A stretch of 63,980 bases of DNA, filler included, from Welwitschia mirabilis (GCA_051453625.1; 8 parts of one record of this genome joined end to end with filler, not necessarily neighbours in it); one strand, 5' to 3'; positions 13,693 through 27,500 are shown, numbered from the whole stretch's first letter. The notes: generated by a model not told the origin, from the sequence alone. Made by a program: numbers and translations.

Positions 13693-15268
13693 TATTAGGT
13701 GTGGATTATGTGGTATTATTCATCAATTAATCATCTTTAATAACAACCTACAATCTTAGTATCTAATTCATAGAAATACATAATACTATAGGGAACCAAT
13801 CTAATGTTATACTTTAGAGAGGAATTCTCTAAGTACATCTATAAAATTTCTTTATTTGGAAAGGAATTAAAATGTTGTTTCATTCAATTACAGAATGATA
13901 AACAAATGACAATGTAATGATGCATGACATGTAATAAATTAATGCAATGATGAGATGTAATTGTAAATGTAATTACTAAGCAATTTTATCAACTTTTTGT
14001 CATTCAAGTTGATCCTCATATGCTATATCAAAATGACAATTAATGTTTATGCAATTAACTTGATTTTGACATAATATATAAAGAACATAAGAGAGAAATT
14101 AGGATAAAGAAAATGATCTTTTATTAATTCCAATGTTCTTACATTAGCTTGAAATTAATCACTCATGAATTAAGGAATCTTAGCCCACTACCAAGATAAG
14201 CTTCTCTCCTAAGGTAAAGGGATCACTTGCTTAATTAAACTCTAATTCATTACAAGACTAATCAACACATGAAAGTTGAAAAATGAAGAACATAAGGGGG
14301 GTATTTATAATTGGATCAATGGCTTAGATCACCAAGGACTAGTACCTGATAAAGAGGAATCATATTATTGCTTTCATAATAAATAGAATATGTTTTATGT
14401 TCCGTGAAGCTGTCCTTCTACTAGTTATCATCTGGATGACATAGGAGATAATATGTGATCTTTTCTTATAACAGCTGAAGGTCCTTCACATGTTTTATTA
14501 GTGTAACACTTGATTTTCCTGAGTATCATCTAATAAATAAGATGGACGACTATCAGTGAAAAGAATAATGTTTCTATTGTTATCCTATAAGTGTCATCCA
14601 CTTAGGTATTACCAGATGATATGGTGGACAACAACTATAGTACCCTACTACAGTAACTTTACTATAGTAAGTTGGTGTCATCCTCTGTGTGTCATTCTGA
14701 TGACATGGGGGATAATAGCTATAGAAACTGCTATAATACCTACTATAATAATTATTCTATAGTAACTTAGTGTCATTCTTTGAGTGTTGTCTAGATTACA
14801 TGATGGACGATAGCTACACTAACTTTATTACTATAACTTTGCTATAGTAACTTTGCTATAGTAACTTGCTTCAAACAGTGCACTTTTCTCATATAAATCA
14901 TATGTAGCAATCATATCCTAGTTCAATATTGACTTCTCAAGTTCCAAAGTATCAGAAACAACTCCAAAAGTAACCAAATTGATTAGATCAATCCCTATCG
15001 ATCATTATGATAACAACTAAAACATTTTAAAGGCACTACATTCCATTGTTATCTCCTCATCTAGATGTCAAAGCCCTATTAGAAAGATCTTGAATGAAAC
15101 ATCTCTCAAAAATCATCCATAAGTGATCGAAAATGTTAGAAAACTTCCATTTCTTATTCATTATGTTGGCTATTTTACTTTTGTTCTCATTAATTAAAAA
15201 TCTACTTAAATAAAACTAAAACATACTCTAAACATAATGTTAAATATGGCCAATTTGACCTCATAACT
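13693..15268 (-). repeat. LTR C (5' LTR)
   Basis: Homologous to LTRs A and B. PBS at 13672-13689 on its left. Homology ends at ~15268, where family X sequence resumes. Confidence 0.85.
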
Positions 15269-15699
15269 CCTATGTTATGCCTCGAACAAAGACAAATTCA
15301 TGTTCATGATATAACCTATACCCATTCCATCATGCCTTCATCCAAGAAGAAGCCATTTTGTTTGGTTTGTTTAGTATAAAAATCATAATGTTTATTTTCA
15401 AAATTTAAAGATTGGAAAGTCTTATATGAAAAGTGCCTTTTTATTATAACATGATGTTACACTATTTAGTAATTATGCTTAACCAAACAATGCTAGAACA
15501 AAGATATAAAGCATACCCTTCATGAACTAGGATTTCAATCTTGCTTATTGTAAGGAATTTTGTTTTAATTTTCAAGCAACAACGAATATTATAAAAAAGG
15601 TATTTTATTCATCAAAGAATTTGCCAAAACCTTTATTAGAATGATATATAGAATCTTCTAAGAGAGAAATAAAGATGAAAAACATCCCGAAAAACATGT

Positions 15700-16620
15700 T
15701 TCATCATCATGAAAGACACCCATTGTTTTGCCTAATGGTGCATTGGTACTAACTTTAGATGTTTTAAAATCTCCATCACATGAAGAACTTGTTCACAAGT
15801 GAGGTCACCAAAGTAATTGCTCTTTAGGCTATAATCATCAAGGGGAAATGTCCCATATTAAAAGAAATAGAACATTTATAAACCAAAGCAAAATATAATA
15901 TAGAGTTTTATCTACTTTTGGTAAAACTGCGTATCGCTATGATCAACCTGTGGAGTTCATATAAAAACTCAAGCTTAGTATACAAATTTTATTAGAAGAA
16001 GTGAAACATGAATATCATATATGTGGTTACTTTACAACATTATTGCTAGTTTAGTTCTGTGAGAGTTTGTAGGTAGTCTTGTAATTTATATCAAAGTAGT
16101 AGAATGTTTTATGAAAAATAGGAATAAAGAAGAATTACACAAGGTAGTTCATTCTTGGATGAAGGACGTTGACAAAGATGAATTGGCAAATATAGGTCTA
16201 TACTATGCTTACAGATTTAAAATGATAAAAATAAAGGAGGCTGTTAAGGAGAAATTGAAAGAGAGAGATACCACAATTTTATATCAATAAAATAAACAAA
16301 TTCAAGAGAAAATGAATAAATATAAGAAGGAAAAAGAATAATTTTAAGCCATATTGTTTGAAAATTTTGAAAAATTTAGAACAGAAGTTTAATACTTACA
16401 TAATTATCAAAAGAAAGAACCAACCAAAACACTGTAGCACTTCAAAAGTGGCTACATGAAATACAACTTTGTGTTTCCTAAATTAAAGGCAAGAAAATAT
16501 AGGTTTTACAAGAAGGAAACGAAAAGACAAGACTCTTAGCAAAGCACAAAATACTATTACTGAGATTTCTGTACAACTTGAAAGACTCATCAAGAATCAA
16601 GTCAAGTCTTCGAGTAGGTA
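15700..16620 (+). pseudogene. Family X decayed ORF, 3' part (second capsid-like domain)
   Basis: Manual translation reading through transition stops and shifts: PIVLPNGALVLTLDVLKSPSHEELVHK(W) ~15720, VLSTFGKTAYRY ~15905, VL(R)EFVGS ~16054, KEELHKVVHSWMKDVDKD ~16126, FKPYC ~16343, then basic KLKARKYRFYKK ~16480. Confidence 0.5.
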
Positions 16621-17269
16621 ATCTCTTATGGAATATAACAACTAAAGAAACTTGAGTAATTAGTGCAAGTTGTTAAAGGATCCACTCAAGAAGCTCCTAA
16701 GCAATAAAAAGTAAAAAATAACACAAAGTAGAAGTTAAAATATTGTTCAAATGTTATATATAAAATTTTTATAGTAAGAACTACAATCTTGCCTTGTAAA
16801 TGTTTTTCTTTTTTACCAAAGTAATGGAAAAGATGAAGTTGTGTAAAGTATTTATTTTTATGTTTGATAGCTTCATCCAAGAGATGAAACAAATGCTAAT
16901 GAAAAATAAATACTTAAAATAAAGAGTTATCTTCTAAAAGGAGACAATACTAATTCACAAAAAAATCATTTACTTATTTAAACGAAATAAGTTTGAAGCT
17001 AAAATATTATAATAAGATGATGTAACAAATGTCTAGACACTAAATAGGATACCTTATAAAACAAGATACTTAAAAACTAAAAGTGGTAAAGATTTAAATG
17101 TTATTATCCCATTAACTTGTAAAAATAAGCCTTGAAGATGGAACAATTTTGAAAACGATGTATTTCATGAAGAAAGATAAGATATGAAGAAGATCCAATA
17201 GCTCAAAGTTAATCCCAAAAATTTCAAAAATAAGTTTATGTTGAAAACCAAGTAAAAATTGAAGGAAAG

Positions 17270-17725
17270 ATTAACAAATTAAGTTAATAAATTTATCAAT
17301 TGTTAACTTGGTTAATAAAACATGGATTAACATGTTTTATTTCACAATCGAAAAACACAATACCTTTTGGTAGGTGAAATACAACATAAATGATGAACAT
17401 TCATTCCAAAGGGTGAGCTTACATAAAAAACATTTCATTAAATTACATGAATTGTGATGAAACATTTAAAGTTACAGATGCCAAAATCTAAGCATGAACC
17501 ACCTACCTAAACACAACATAATATTATTCACTATTTTGTTATATTCATGTGAGAAAATAACTATTTATAATAATATTTCATTTTTTGTTATTAATTATTT
17601 AATAATATTTGTAAAACATTAAAAAGTTTATTCCTTTTCTTTTTCTTCTACTATTCACAAAATAGCTAAACTTCTGCATTTATTTCCAGTAAGGTATCAA
17701 AGCATACCTATTCTAAATTCTAACA
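17270..17725 (+). repeat. 3' LTR of family X copy 1
   Basis: Follows the PPT, is homologous to 46734-47151 and 49632-50067, ends TTCTAACA, and contains a relic PBS AGGTATCAAAGC at 17692-17703. Confidence 0.7.
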
Positions 17726-18399
17726 ATGGAAAACTTTGGAAGGAGACTTACATAAGATCTTTTAAAGAAAAAGAATTTCATTTTAAATCTATTCATAATT
17801 TAATTATCCATGAAGAAAAGGAGGTCATAAAATTAAAAAGTAATTATATTTTAAAATGTAATTACCTTTCTTCTATCTCTTAGTTTTTTTGGCCCTTAGT
17901 TATTTTTCATGGTAAAGAATCTGGTCAACTAAGCCTTTGTCATACTAAGATTATCTCACATTTTTTTCTTAATTTTTTGGAATCTTTTACTGGTGCTTAG
18001 AATTATAAGTTTATTTAATAAATAATCTTTTATTTTTTAAAGAGTTTTGGGCATGGATTAGTCACTTAAAGGATAAGGAATGAAATTAGATGGAAGACTA
18101 TTTTCCATTTAATGTAGGTCAATTTTTGGATAGTTAACACTCTGATTATTAGTGGTGTGTTAGCCATCATGGATTTGGATTCTAACTTCTTAGTGGGGAA
18201 AAGGTAAATTAGTGTTACCCTAATTCAAATCATAAAAGTCTTTTAGTAATGGTTAATCATGATTTTTAAGTTATGGCTTTTAAAACTTAAACATCTCACT
18301 ATCCTTATGAGTTTTTTATGTTCACTTTAAGTTAGTTTATCATTGATGTCCTTATTACCTATGATGTCAAATTATTCCTAAGGATATTTTTTTTTGTAC

Positions 18400-19270
18400 A
18401 TTTAACATTAAAATTTGATTAAGAATGATGGTAGTTTCATTCATGTTCACTGTTCTTAAATTTCTTTATCTCTACCATCCACTCAATTAAATTATTATGT
18501 CACATATAAAGTATAATCAAGGTGATCATTTTTATTCTAAACAACCTATTAAAAGTTGTTGTAACATAAGAAAGGAATTGAAATGGCTTGGGTGAATGAA
18601 TAAACATGGGGATGATCCGTGAGGCAATATGTTTTAAATTTTTATTTGTTTCAAAAATTTTAGTTTTTTAAAGCTAATTAAACTTGAATTGATTTTTTTC
18701 TTAGAATTTTTTTTAGTTCTCAAGTGTGTAATTACCTGCATTTGCTTTTAAATAGAGATCTAATCCTCAGTTAAAAGTTTGAAAATTCTTCTTGTATATT
18801 TTTAGAGCCTATGTTATATTCATTTAGAGCCTATGTTATATTCATTACTTTCTTTGAGGATCATTCTATGATGTTATCAAGCTTTAAATGAAATCTATTA
18901 AAGAGATTTATTTTTTAGGTGTTCACTCTTTAGTGCATTTAGGCATGTTTTGCATTCATCTAATCTTGATTGTCGCTTGGCTTGTGACTTTATCTTCTTG
19001 AGAAGAAGTCACTTGGTAAAGATTTAAGTTAATCCTTGATGGCTTTCCAAAGTGGAGCAAGGCTTTTCTAGAACCATTATAAATTGTGTTATATTTTAGT
19101 TATTCATATTATGCATTTTTTTTTACTTTACTTTTGAATGCTTATCATCACCATTATTAATTATCAAAGTTAAATAATTTAAGATTATTTATATTTTAGG
19201 TGGAAATATTTTGATAGGAAAATTATTAATAAACCCTATTCACCCATATTCAAAGTTGATTCTTTTAACA
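18400..19270 (+). mobile_element. Possible decayed solo LTR (SIRE/Sirevirus-like 3' end)
   Basis: Ends AAACCCTATTCACCCATATTC...TTTTAACA, resembling the ATTCACCCCC...CA U5 end of SIRE LTRs. The left boundary is uncertain. Confidence 0.3.
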
Positions 19271-19279
19271 TCTTCTTCT

Positions 19280-20520
19280 TATTTTCATCATACCATTTTA
19301 TTATGGAAAATAAGGTGTAATCTAGGTACTTACACATTACATAGCCAATTGTTAAACTCCTTAAGTAATATATAATCCAATTCATGTATCCTTAATTTTT
19401 TTAAATATTTATGGATTATTTCTTTTCTTTCTTTTTCCCTCTTATTATAGTTTCAAATGCTTGGAATGTCTTCATTTAGAGCATTTTATTGGTAAGTAAG
19501 AATACCATGTCATATGAGATGAATCTCCAATAAAGGTAAGTATTGATAAAAATTCGCTTCCCCACATTTGAAAAGGACAACAACATATGATTTTTAGTGT
19601 GAGGTAACCTAAACTTGTTTTAGAGGGCAGTTAGAAATTAGGTACCTAAAATAAACACCCAAGATATAGAGTAACCAGGGCATAGTGTAGAGCACAACGA
19701 AAATCCCAGAAAGAAACATAAAAAAAAGGTACTTCAAAAAGGGAGAAATGGGTAAAGGATAACCATGGGAGAGGACTTTCAAAGGAAGGAGGTATATTTT
19801 AGGTTTATCTAAGGTATTCATAGTAGTAAAGGTAAAGTAGATCTTAAGAATGAAAATAGAGTTTACAACTAGACCTCCTTCCAAGGTGTAGACAAAATGG
19901 GCAAGGTTCTCCAGAAAAGTGATGAAGGGTATACTATTTTTTTTGGTGGATGTTGGGGGGGGGAGGGGGGGAAGGGAAGTTGGTTGATTTTTTTCAACTT
20001 ATTCCAAAATCTTATTTCTATTACAAAAGGAATATTACGTTGAATAAGATCCTCCTCAGAGAGATATCTAATGTGACTACAACTTGTAAGTGCTAAAGTA
20101 TAAAAGAAAATAATACTCTATTGCATTTAGAAAATGCATTTTACTATGAAATCGTGCTCTCCCTTCAAAGAAAAGAAGGAAAGAATATAATAGGACCGTT
20201 AACCTAAGAGAAGAGCTACATACAAAATGTAAAGAAAAAGAACACTTAACTATAGGCTCAAAGATAAATTCGAAAAGGGAATTTAAGGGGAAAAAAGGGG
20301 AATCTTCAAGATGTTTTAATGAAAAGTTCTTAGCAGGGAGATATGCTATCTACTAACTAGAGCTAAGTGCTAGTCTACCATCTGAGCATAAGAATGGGAT
20401 CCTTAAATTAAAGAGTAGCACTACAAGACTACAGAGCAGTTGAGATGAGGGAAAAATAGGAATGACTAAATAACTATTGCAAGGCCAAATTGACCATACT
20501 TTACATCATTTATGGAATGT
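19280..20520 (-). mobile_element. Decayed L1-type LINE ORF2 fragments
   Basis: Minus strand YILGVYF (YLGxPL-like, ~19660) followed by KWEANFLS..GRF (W-K-A-K-L-L-S-x-A-G-R-like, ~19560), and a separate VWSIW tail motif near 20500. Confidence 0.5.
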
Positions 20521-20954
20521 GTTTTAGACTCATTTGATAGGTTTTTAATAAAATTATAGAAAAACCTAACTCACTATCATAAATACTAAAAAGGACATAG
20601 TTTTTGAGCATTTATGATTCTTTTCAAATGTTTTTCTGATTATGATCCATCATAACTACATTAGTAGATCTTCACAGATGAGTGATGAAATAATGACAAG
20701 ATTAGATTACATGGCAAGCTCTCAAGCCAATACCTTCACATTAATTAATAGAGTCAACATAATCATCAAGGATGCCTTGTAAGTATTTTTAATGCATTAA
20801 TTTAATAATCAAATGAGGACTGTTTGAAGATCAGACTTAATCTTATGATAAATAAAAATTTGTAACTAATGATTTATAGCCAATGAATAATCATTCCATT
20901 TATTACTAAATTATTATTATATTAACATCTCTTTAGTTCTCACCATTCAGAAGC

Positions 20955-21170
20955 TGTAACTATCAATCAATCTATTACCAAATTATTATTATAATTTTGA
21001 CTTAATAAGTTACTGAATAATTATTGTAACCCCCTATTAATTAATTACTTAAATATTATTATAACTGCCAATCAATCTATTAGTGAAATATTATTCTAAA
21101 TATCAATCAACCCATTACCAAATTATTACTATAACCACCAATCGAATCGTTATCAAATGATTATTATAAT
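20955..21170. repeat. Degenerate ~34-bp minisatellite
   Basis: About 6 imperfect units resembling TAACTATCAATCAATCTATTACCAAATTATTATTA. Confidence 0.7.
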
Positions 21171-22224
21171 AAAAGGTAGTTCCTCATTCAACTTTATTCT
21201 AGGGAGATCCTAAATTTACAATGTAGGGGTAGTAATATTTCTATGCCATTAAAAACTAAAATATATTAAAGATCAAGAGAAAGAGTCATATCTAGAAAGA
21301 GATATCTTAAAAGTGATGCCTATAACTCATGATGAAATTGTGTCAAAGCAACCATTTATTCCTTTTTTTTACTTTGGTTTATACAAAACAAAACCATGAA
21401 AATATCATACAATGGAAATAAAAGATTATTAACTCTTAGATGTTTTTAAAGATTTTCAATTAGATTACCCCACCCCAAATTTAAAGAAAAGAAAAGAAAA
21501 GAAAAGAAATAAATAAAAATAGAAAAAATAAGATAATGATAAAAAAGAATCTAAAAAAGAAACGACAAAAAAAGTATAAAAGAATTTAAAAATAATGATA
21601 AATAGGAACCCATTTGTCTTTGAAATTTTATCATTATAAATTATATTTTTTCAATCATGATATAATACTTTGTCTTATAGAAAGCAAAATTTCTAACTTA
21701 CAAAAAAGAAGACAAGAAAGAAGAGTATCCCAAGAACATTTAAAACATGATGAACCTAGTTATAAACAAATGATTTAATCAAGGCATTATTACAAGCAAA
21801 TCATAATGATAGTCAGTAAGTTCTAATTCTCCATCTAGTTTTACCATTCTAGAGTTCTTTATCAAATTTTAAGAAAATTTTTTTTACAAATACTTCAATC
21901 ATGCTTTCCTCTAAAAAAGGGGGAAAGTGTGATGAAAAATTTGTTAAATACTAAATTAAGTCATTCTTTATAAATCTATCTTTAGAAATCATTCTTCAGA
22001 AGTCTGTATCTAGAACTTTGTCTTTAGAATAATTTCAGAGATTATATTCAAAAGTAGGAGGAAAATTTTAAATTCACTTCTAAGTCTAATCCACATCTCT
22101 TCTACCTGTTCTTATTTTCTCTAAAATAAATTCTATTAAATCTTTCCAAATCCCACCATTCTCTTAATCTTTTACCCATCTCTTCTGAATATAAACCCAT
22201 GCTAAGACTAAAAAAGGAAAAAAT

Positions 22225-22230
<6 letters not shown>

Positions 22231-22269
<39 letters not shown>
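22231..22269. repeat. (GA)n microsatellite
   Basis: Perfect GA run. Confidence 0.98.
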
Positions 22270-22271
<2 letters not shown>

Positions 22272-22678
22272 AAACATCTAGCCATTATAAGGAGATTTCT
22301 AGTTAAGAATCAAGTCTAACCATCATTGTTAGGCTAAGAGTTACCAATTTCTCCTATTCCAACTTTTTATAAGACTCAAGTTAGCTTAAAATTATAAGTC
22401 ATCTTTTAAGAATTAATAAAATGTCATGTCCCCACTTTTACTTTTTTAATAAATTTGCAAGTTTATGTTTAATGAAATATTTGAAAAATGTTGAATTACT
22501 TGAAACCCCAATTGTGGTAATTGCTATGTCTTTGAAATGCTATATTATTGAGTTGCGATATGAATACCATTTTGTATAAATGTTTATACCCAATCTTTAT
22601 ATGCTGTTGTGGTGGAAATGATATATTTTATTTANNNNNNNNNNNNNNNNNNNNNNNNNNNNNNNNNNNNNNNNNNNN

Positions 22679-22690
22679 TTAATTAATTAA
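22679..22690. other. Artificial assembly linker TTAATTAATTAA inside a 100-bp N gap (also 39979, 52841, 54500, 56038, 58171, 62662)
   Basis: An identical 12-mer giving stops in all six frames is centred in N runs seven times. Confidence 0.95.
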
Positions 22691-22773
22691 NNNNNNNNNN
22701 NNNNNNNNNNNNNNNNNNNNNNNNNNNNNNNNNNCTTGTTTTCTTTCAAGTAGTAATTTACCACTTGTTATTG

Positions 22774-23123
22774 GCTCTAATACCAAATGTAATGTTCTAA
22801 TTTACTATTTTTGGATTGCTTTGCATACAAAGGAATATATTAAATAAATTGCCAAGATTCATAGAAATAATAAGACACAATTTAAAGAGAAACATACTTT
22901 TACTATTGATAGCAGTAGATTACATTTTACATCATCAGCAAATAGCCTTGAACTAGTGGTTATAGGTAAAGACATGGACTATGACCTTAGTCCCCCTCTT
23001 GAGACCCTTGATGATCAGCCAAGGTTGTCGTCGGTTACATCCACCTAGTCTACCCACCCTCACTTAATGCCATAGGATTATATTATATAATGAAGGAACA
23101 CATCTTTACATATTTAGGTTACA
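22774..23123 (-). mobile_element. 5' LTR (22788-23123) plus Met PBS of an LTR retrotransposon whose body runs into the gap
   Basis: GCTCTAATACCA (reverse complement of TGGTATTAGAGC) at 22774-22785, next to a 336-bp segment with TGTAA...TTACA inverted ends. Confidence 0.65.
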
Positions 23124-23637
23124 CCCATTCACATCTCTTATTAACCATGCTTCATTAGAGCTTAACAAACATCATCATAAACCCTATATTCTTGATAAGA
23201 AATAGAGTATACTAGAAATATAAACATTTTCTTTCCTGTAATGTTCCAAAATCATCTAAGAGAACTTCCAAATTTATAGTTAACTAGAAGAAAAAGACAT
23301 GTTATTATAAAGTGCTAATAGCAATTATGCCATTGGATGTAATTGAATAGGTTGAACATTAGAAACAAGATTAATATGTGCAAAATTAGAATGTAATAAG
23401 AACTGCAAATGCATCAACAAACTAATCAGTGAGATTTTCAATGTCCCAAGAGCTACAAGATAAGACACCATTTAAGAGTTTGTTATTATGGCTCAAGATC
23501 CCACAATTGAAGGAAGAAATTAAACTAGAGGTAAGTATAGTAGAATAAGAAAATATATTAATTCAAAAAATATTGTTACAATGTAATTAAAGAGACATGA
23601 TGTTTATGAGATTTTTATTTTTTATTTTTTTTCCATA

Positions 23638-24510
23638 AACAATGGATTAGTTCAATTGTCACTCAATGATAGGTAATTGAGTTAGGTTTTATAATGGTTT
23701 AATAGTGGGATTTGACTAAATTTGAGTAAGTTTAACTGTTTGATAAAGATTGACTAATTTTGATTATTTTAACTCACTTTGATTGAGTTTTCAACAGTTT
23801 AACTAAGTTTGAATGAGATTGACTGATATTGAATTAAGTTTTTCATGATTTTACTAAGTTTGATAGAGTTTGATTATGTTTGAACATTGTTTTTGGCTAA
23901 ATTTAACATCTGCTCCTTAATTGTTTAATTCCCTTTAACTATTTATGACTAAGTTTAACTATTTTTGATGATTTAAGCTAGTTTGATCAAATCTAACTAT
24001 TTTGGATAAAAGTTGATGTTACTTTAATAGTTTTAGTTTAACTAAGTTTTATTGATTTTAACACCTAAAATTCTTATAAGAGTTTTTTTAAAACAATCAT
24101 TCAAGTATTGATTTACTAACATAAAATTCAGCCCTAATTCAACTATATTCTAAATGGTCAAAATTGTAAATTATAACGATAAGTAAAATTTGGAAAGGAA
24201 TTAACAATTAATAAAATGTAAAAACTTTTTTAAGTAAAAAATCAAAATAAATGTATTTTCTTAAAACTAAACAAATAAAAGCATTTTTTAAGATTTTTAG
24301 ATAATTCTTACATTACCAAATGATATTTTACTTGTGTGTCAAAGAAAGATCATAAATAAAAGAATGAATTCTATGGTTCATAAAAATTATTCATACATAA
24401 AACAATATGCATTAATAAATTTCCACTTATATTTGATTAGAAAGAGAATACATAGATAATGTTCCTATAAAAGTATATACTTGCATTTTGGAATACAAGG
24501 TTTTATAAAG
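23638..24510. repeat. ~880-bp dispersed repeat, copy 1 (rich in TTTGAC/TTTAAC motifs)
   Basis: Colinear homology with 34776-35651 in the same orientation. No TG...CA ends or PBS were seen. Confidence 0.85.
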
Positions 24511-27500
24511 CTTTAGAATTTCAGAGATATTTTAGAGATGGCATCAGATGAATATTCTATAGAATTAAAAAAAAATTATGAGAATCTATAAAAACATATA
24601 ATATAACAATTTAAAACTTTTTTTGTAATCAAAGTTAGTAGTACATGTGTCTATTCTGCATCATTGATTACTCTTGTTATCTGTTACACAATTTCTCTAC
24701 TATGCGCTACCTTTGTTTTTCCTGTGTAATGCCCTTTCTTGCTTGTTAGCATTTGTTTTTATTGCACACTTTAAAGTGCTACTCTCATCTCTTCTTCTAT
24801 AGTGTGTTTTTTTTCTTTTCCTTTTTTTTTAAAATGCTGCTCTTCCTCTACTTTGCCTCTGATGTTGTTCTCTTCACTATGTTTTATTGAAGAATATCCT
24901 CCTCTATAATGCTACTACTAGCATCTTAGCTGGTACCTCTATTTTTAGTGTTTTGCATTCTTTTCCTATTACCTTTCTCTCCTTTGTTATCTTCTGTACT
25001 CTTCTGTACTGTCATACCCTTCAATCTTACTACTGTTTTAAGAAGTGCTGCTATTGTTTTCCAAGTGCCTCCTGTTTTGGATGCTCTTACTAGAGGATGG
25101 CATAAATGCCTCCTCTTTAACATGGGGTAAACAAAAGAAACTCCCATATCAAAATAATATTGGAACACATGCCCAAGTTACTTTCGTTTTCCTTTTTCCT
25201 CCTTTTTTTCCCCTTATTTTTAAAAGATATTTTTTTGCTCTTTTTTTGGAATTTCTCTTTTTTTTGAATTTTTTCTTCTCTCTCTCCCCCTCTTTTCCTC
25301 TCCCTCTCTCTCTCTCTTTCTCTCTTTAGGTGTAAGAAACATAAATGTAATGAATAAAAGGGATGTCTAATGGTAAATATATGGGGAACATGATATGAGT
25401 GATGTAACATGACAAGATGTGAGGGAAGAAGGATAAGGATAAGTGTAGAAAATGGAAAACAAGAAGGATAAATGACATCTAATCATAATTATCAAAGTGA
25501 ACAAGGAAGTATTAAGGTGTGGAAGAGTGGTAAGTTAAGCAAAGGGGATGATAGGTAATGATAATGGAAAATAGATAATCGTGACATCACAAGGTGGCAA
25601 AGCCTCGAGGTGGAAGGGGATGGGTATTAAAAGATAATAACTTAACTAAGAAGTGAGGTTAGTCTTAATTAAGGAAGAGTAAATGCAAAAATAACTTTGA
25701 GGTAATTAATTGTAAATAACAAGAATAGGCTAGATAAGAATGGACAAACACGGACATGAAGAAGATTGATTTTCATACCTCTAAATGCCAACCTAGCAAA
25801 GTCCATTAGTCTAAGTCATAAAGATTGTTCAATGTCATGATCATGTGGTTCAATGTTAAATAATATAGAGTATCATATGATAAGGATAGTAATTATGATA
25901 ATGCCTATGATTATCTTATAAAGTATTAATGCTTAGACTATAACTCGATCTAATCATTGCCTATGATAGTAGATGACACCTAACTAACTTACCATGCAAT
26001 AACCAATATGTTCTAAATGTTTACGAATTCATAGCTTCATAGTTATGTGAAAACCAAGTTCATGGGGTGTTTAGAAAATATGATCCATCATGATGAAGGA
26101 AGTACAACCACTACTAAAAGTGTAAGGATCCACAAGCTAAAGTCAGATCATAACTAATTAACACCCAGGTGGAATTTCCATAGTACATATCACACTACCA
26201 AAGGTCCCTCTTGGGAATATTTACTTCGATGTGCTTGTGGTAGGACATCACAATAAATATTTTTCCTTTTTATTTTTTTTGAGTATTTACCAATTGACTT
26301 AAATTTTCCTTTTTTTTTAAACATTGATTGATCATTAAGATGGTAAATTATAAGTTTCATAGCTAAAGGAAGCATTAGATTTAACATAATTAATACTAAT
26401 ATAAAATAAGATAAGACACTAGAGGTCATAGACATGGGAATGTCTTAAGATTGGATGAAATCTAACCTTATCACCCTAAATACCCCAAAGTAGAAAACTA
26501 CTTTGATGAAAACTTGAATGTGATTTAATAGGAAACAAATAAATAAATAATTAAACAAGAAAATGACATAGTTAAAAAACCTTGCTAAGGAGTCATTTAG
26601 GTAAAGGTGAAAGGAAGACACACCTCTCAATCAAGAGGGATTTCCTATTCAATTGCTTCTATCATGCCAAGAGTATCTTAAACTACTATCCCTTAATTAT
26701 AAGTTTTTCTTTGCATTTAAATTAAGAACCTTAATGAAATAATTCAAAATTCATTTCTCTATAAGATAAGTACTTAGCCACTTAAAAGTTATCTTTTTAT
26801 AAAAATATATCTAAACATTTTGCAGTGAAAGGAAGTAGATGAATTTAAGGTAATGATTGATAACAAAGTAAAAACAAGATTGGGCTATGAAGAGATGGAA
26901 AATGCAAGTAAATGATGAAAATTAAGTGACAAACATGGTAGGAATATAACATGCTATGATTACTGGAGAGTCACGAATGCTGAAGAAGATATAATCGTTC
27001 GCCTTATAGGTTTTCATGTGTTTGTGAATTTTTTATTTTTCTTTTTTTAGGTTTTCCTTTGATTTTGATTTTTTTTAGTTGAAACAAGGTGAAAGTAAGA
27101 ACTATGGGAAATGTAACATAGATATGGCCAATGGGATAACATGATAGATATGAGTAAAATGGAGTAATTAAGGTAATGATGATGGATGAAGAATGTGATG
27201 AGCTGCATAATAGGAGAGAGAAGTACTCATTAATGTTAAATGGGATAATGATGCTGATATATGAGCAGGTAAAATAAGAAGGCTCATGCAAGGGTATGAA
27301 TTATGACAAGAAAAGAATTAGGTGTGTCATAGCAAGGGTCAATGTGGTATATGTCACATTACCATCTTCCATGGATGAAGCCTTGTGAAGTGGAATGTTG
27401 ATGATAGAAATGTTGGGATGAGAGGGGATTACTCAACCCATGTCATGTGGCTGGCACATGGTCTCATCCACATTGTACATAGAGGTTAGCACCATGCACT

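Larger units (their letters stand above)
4159..15268 (-). mobile_element. Tandem non-autonomous Athila-like Ty3/gypsy element, LTR-internal-LTR-internal-LTR
   Basis: Three homologous ~1.6-kb LTRs and two homologous internal regions (5812-9215, 10783-13692). There are two degenerate tRNA-Asp-type PBS and two PPT-like tracts. No pol motifs were seen. Confidence 0.85.
1275..17725 (+). mobile_element. Family X copy 1: non-autonomous LTR element, 5' LTR truncated by the LINE, interrupted by an 11-kb Athila-like tandem insertion (4159-15268)
   Basis: 1281-1358 matches 3' LTR sequence at ~17590-17660. LTR end TTCTAACA at 2380 is followed by a degenerate Met PBS (2381-2392). PPT TTGAAGGAAAG at 17259-17269 precedes the 3' LTR (~17270-17725). 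Internal segments 2400-3500 and 16480-17270 are visibly homologous to 47220-48350 and 48870-49630 of copy 2. Confidence 0.65.

Noticed and set aside
24650-25410. Cluster of overlapping short ORFs
   Set aside because: Pyrimidine-rich low-complexity sequence; no domain or splice-supported gene structure.
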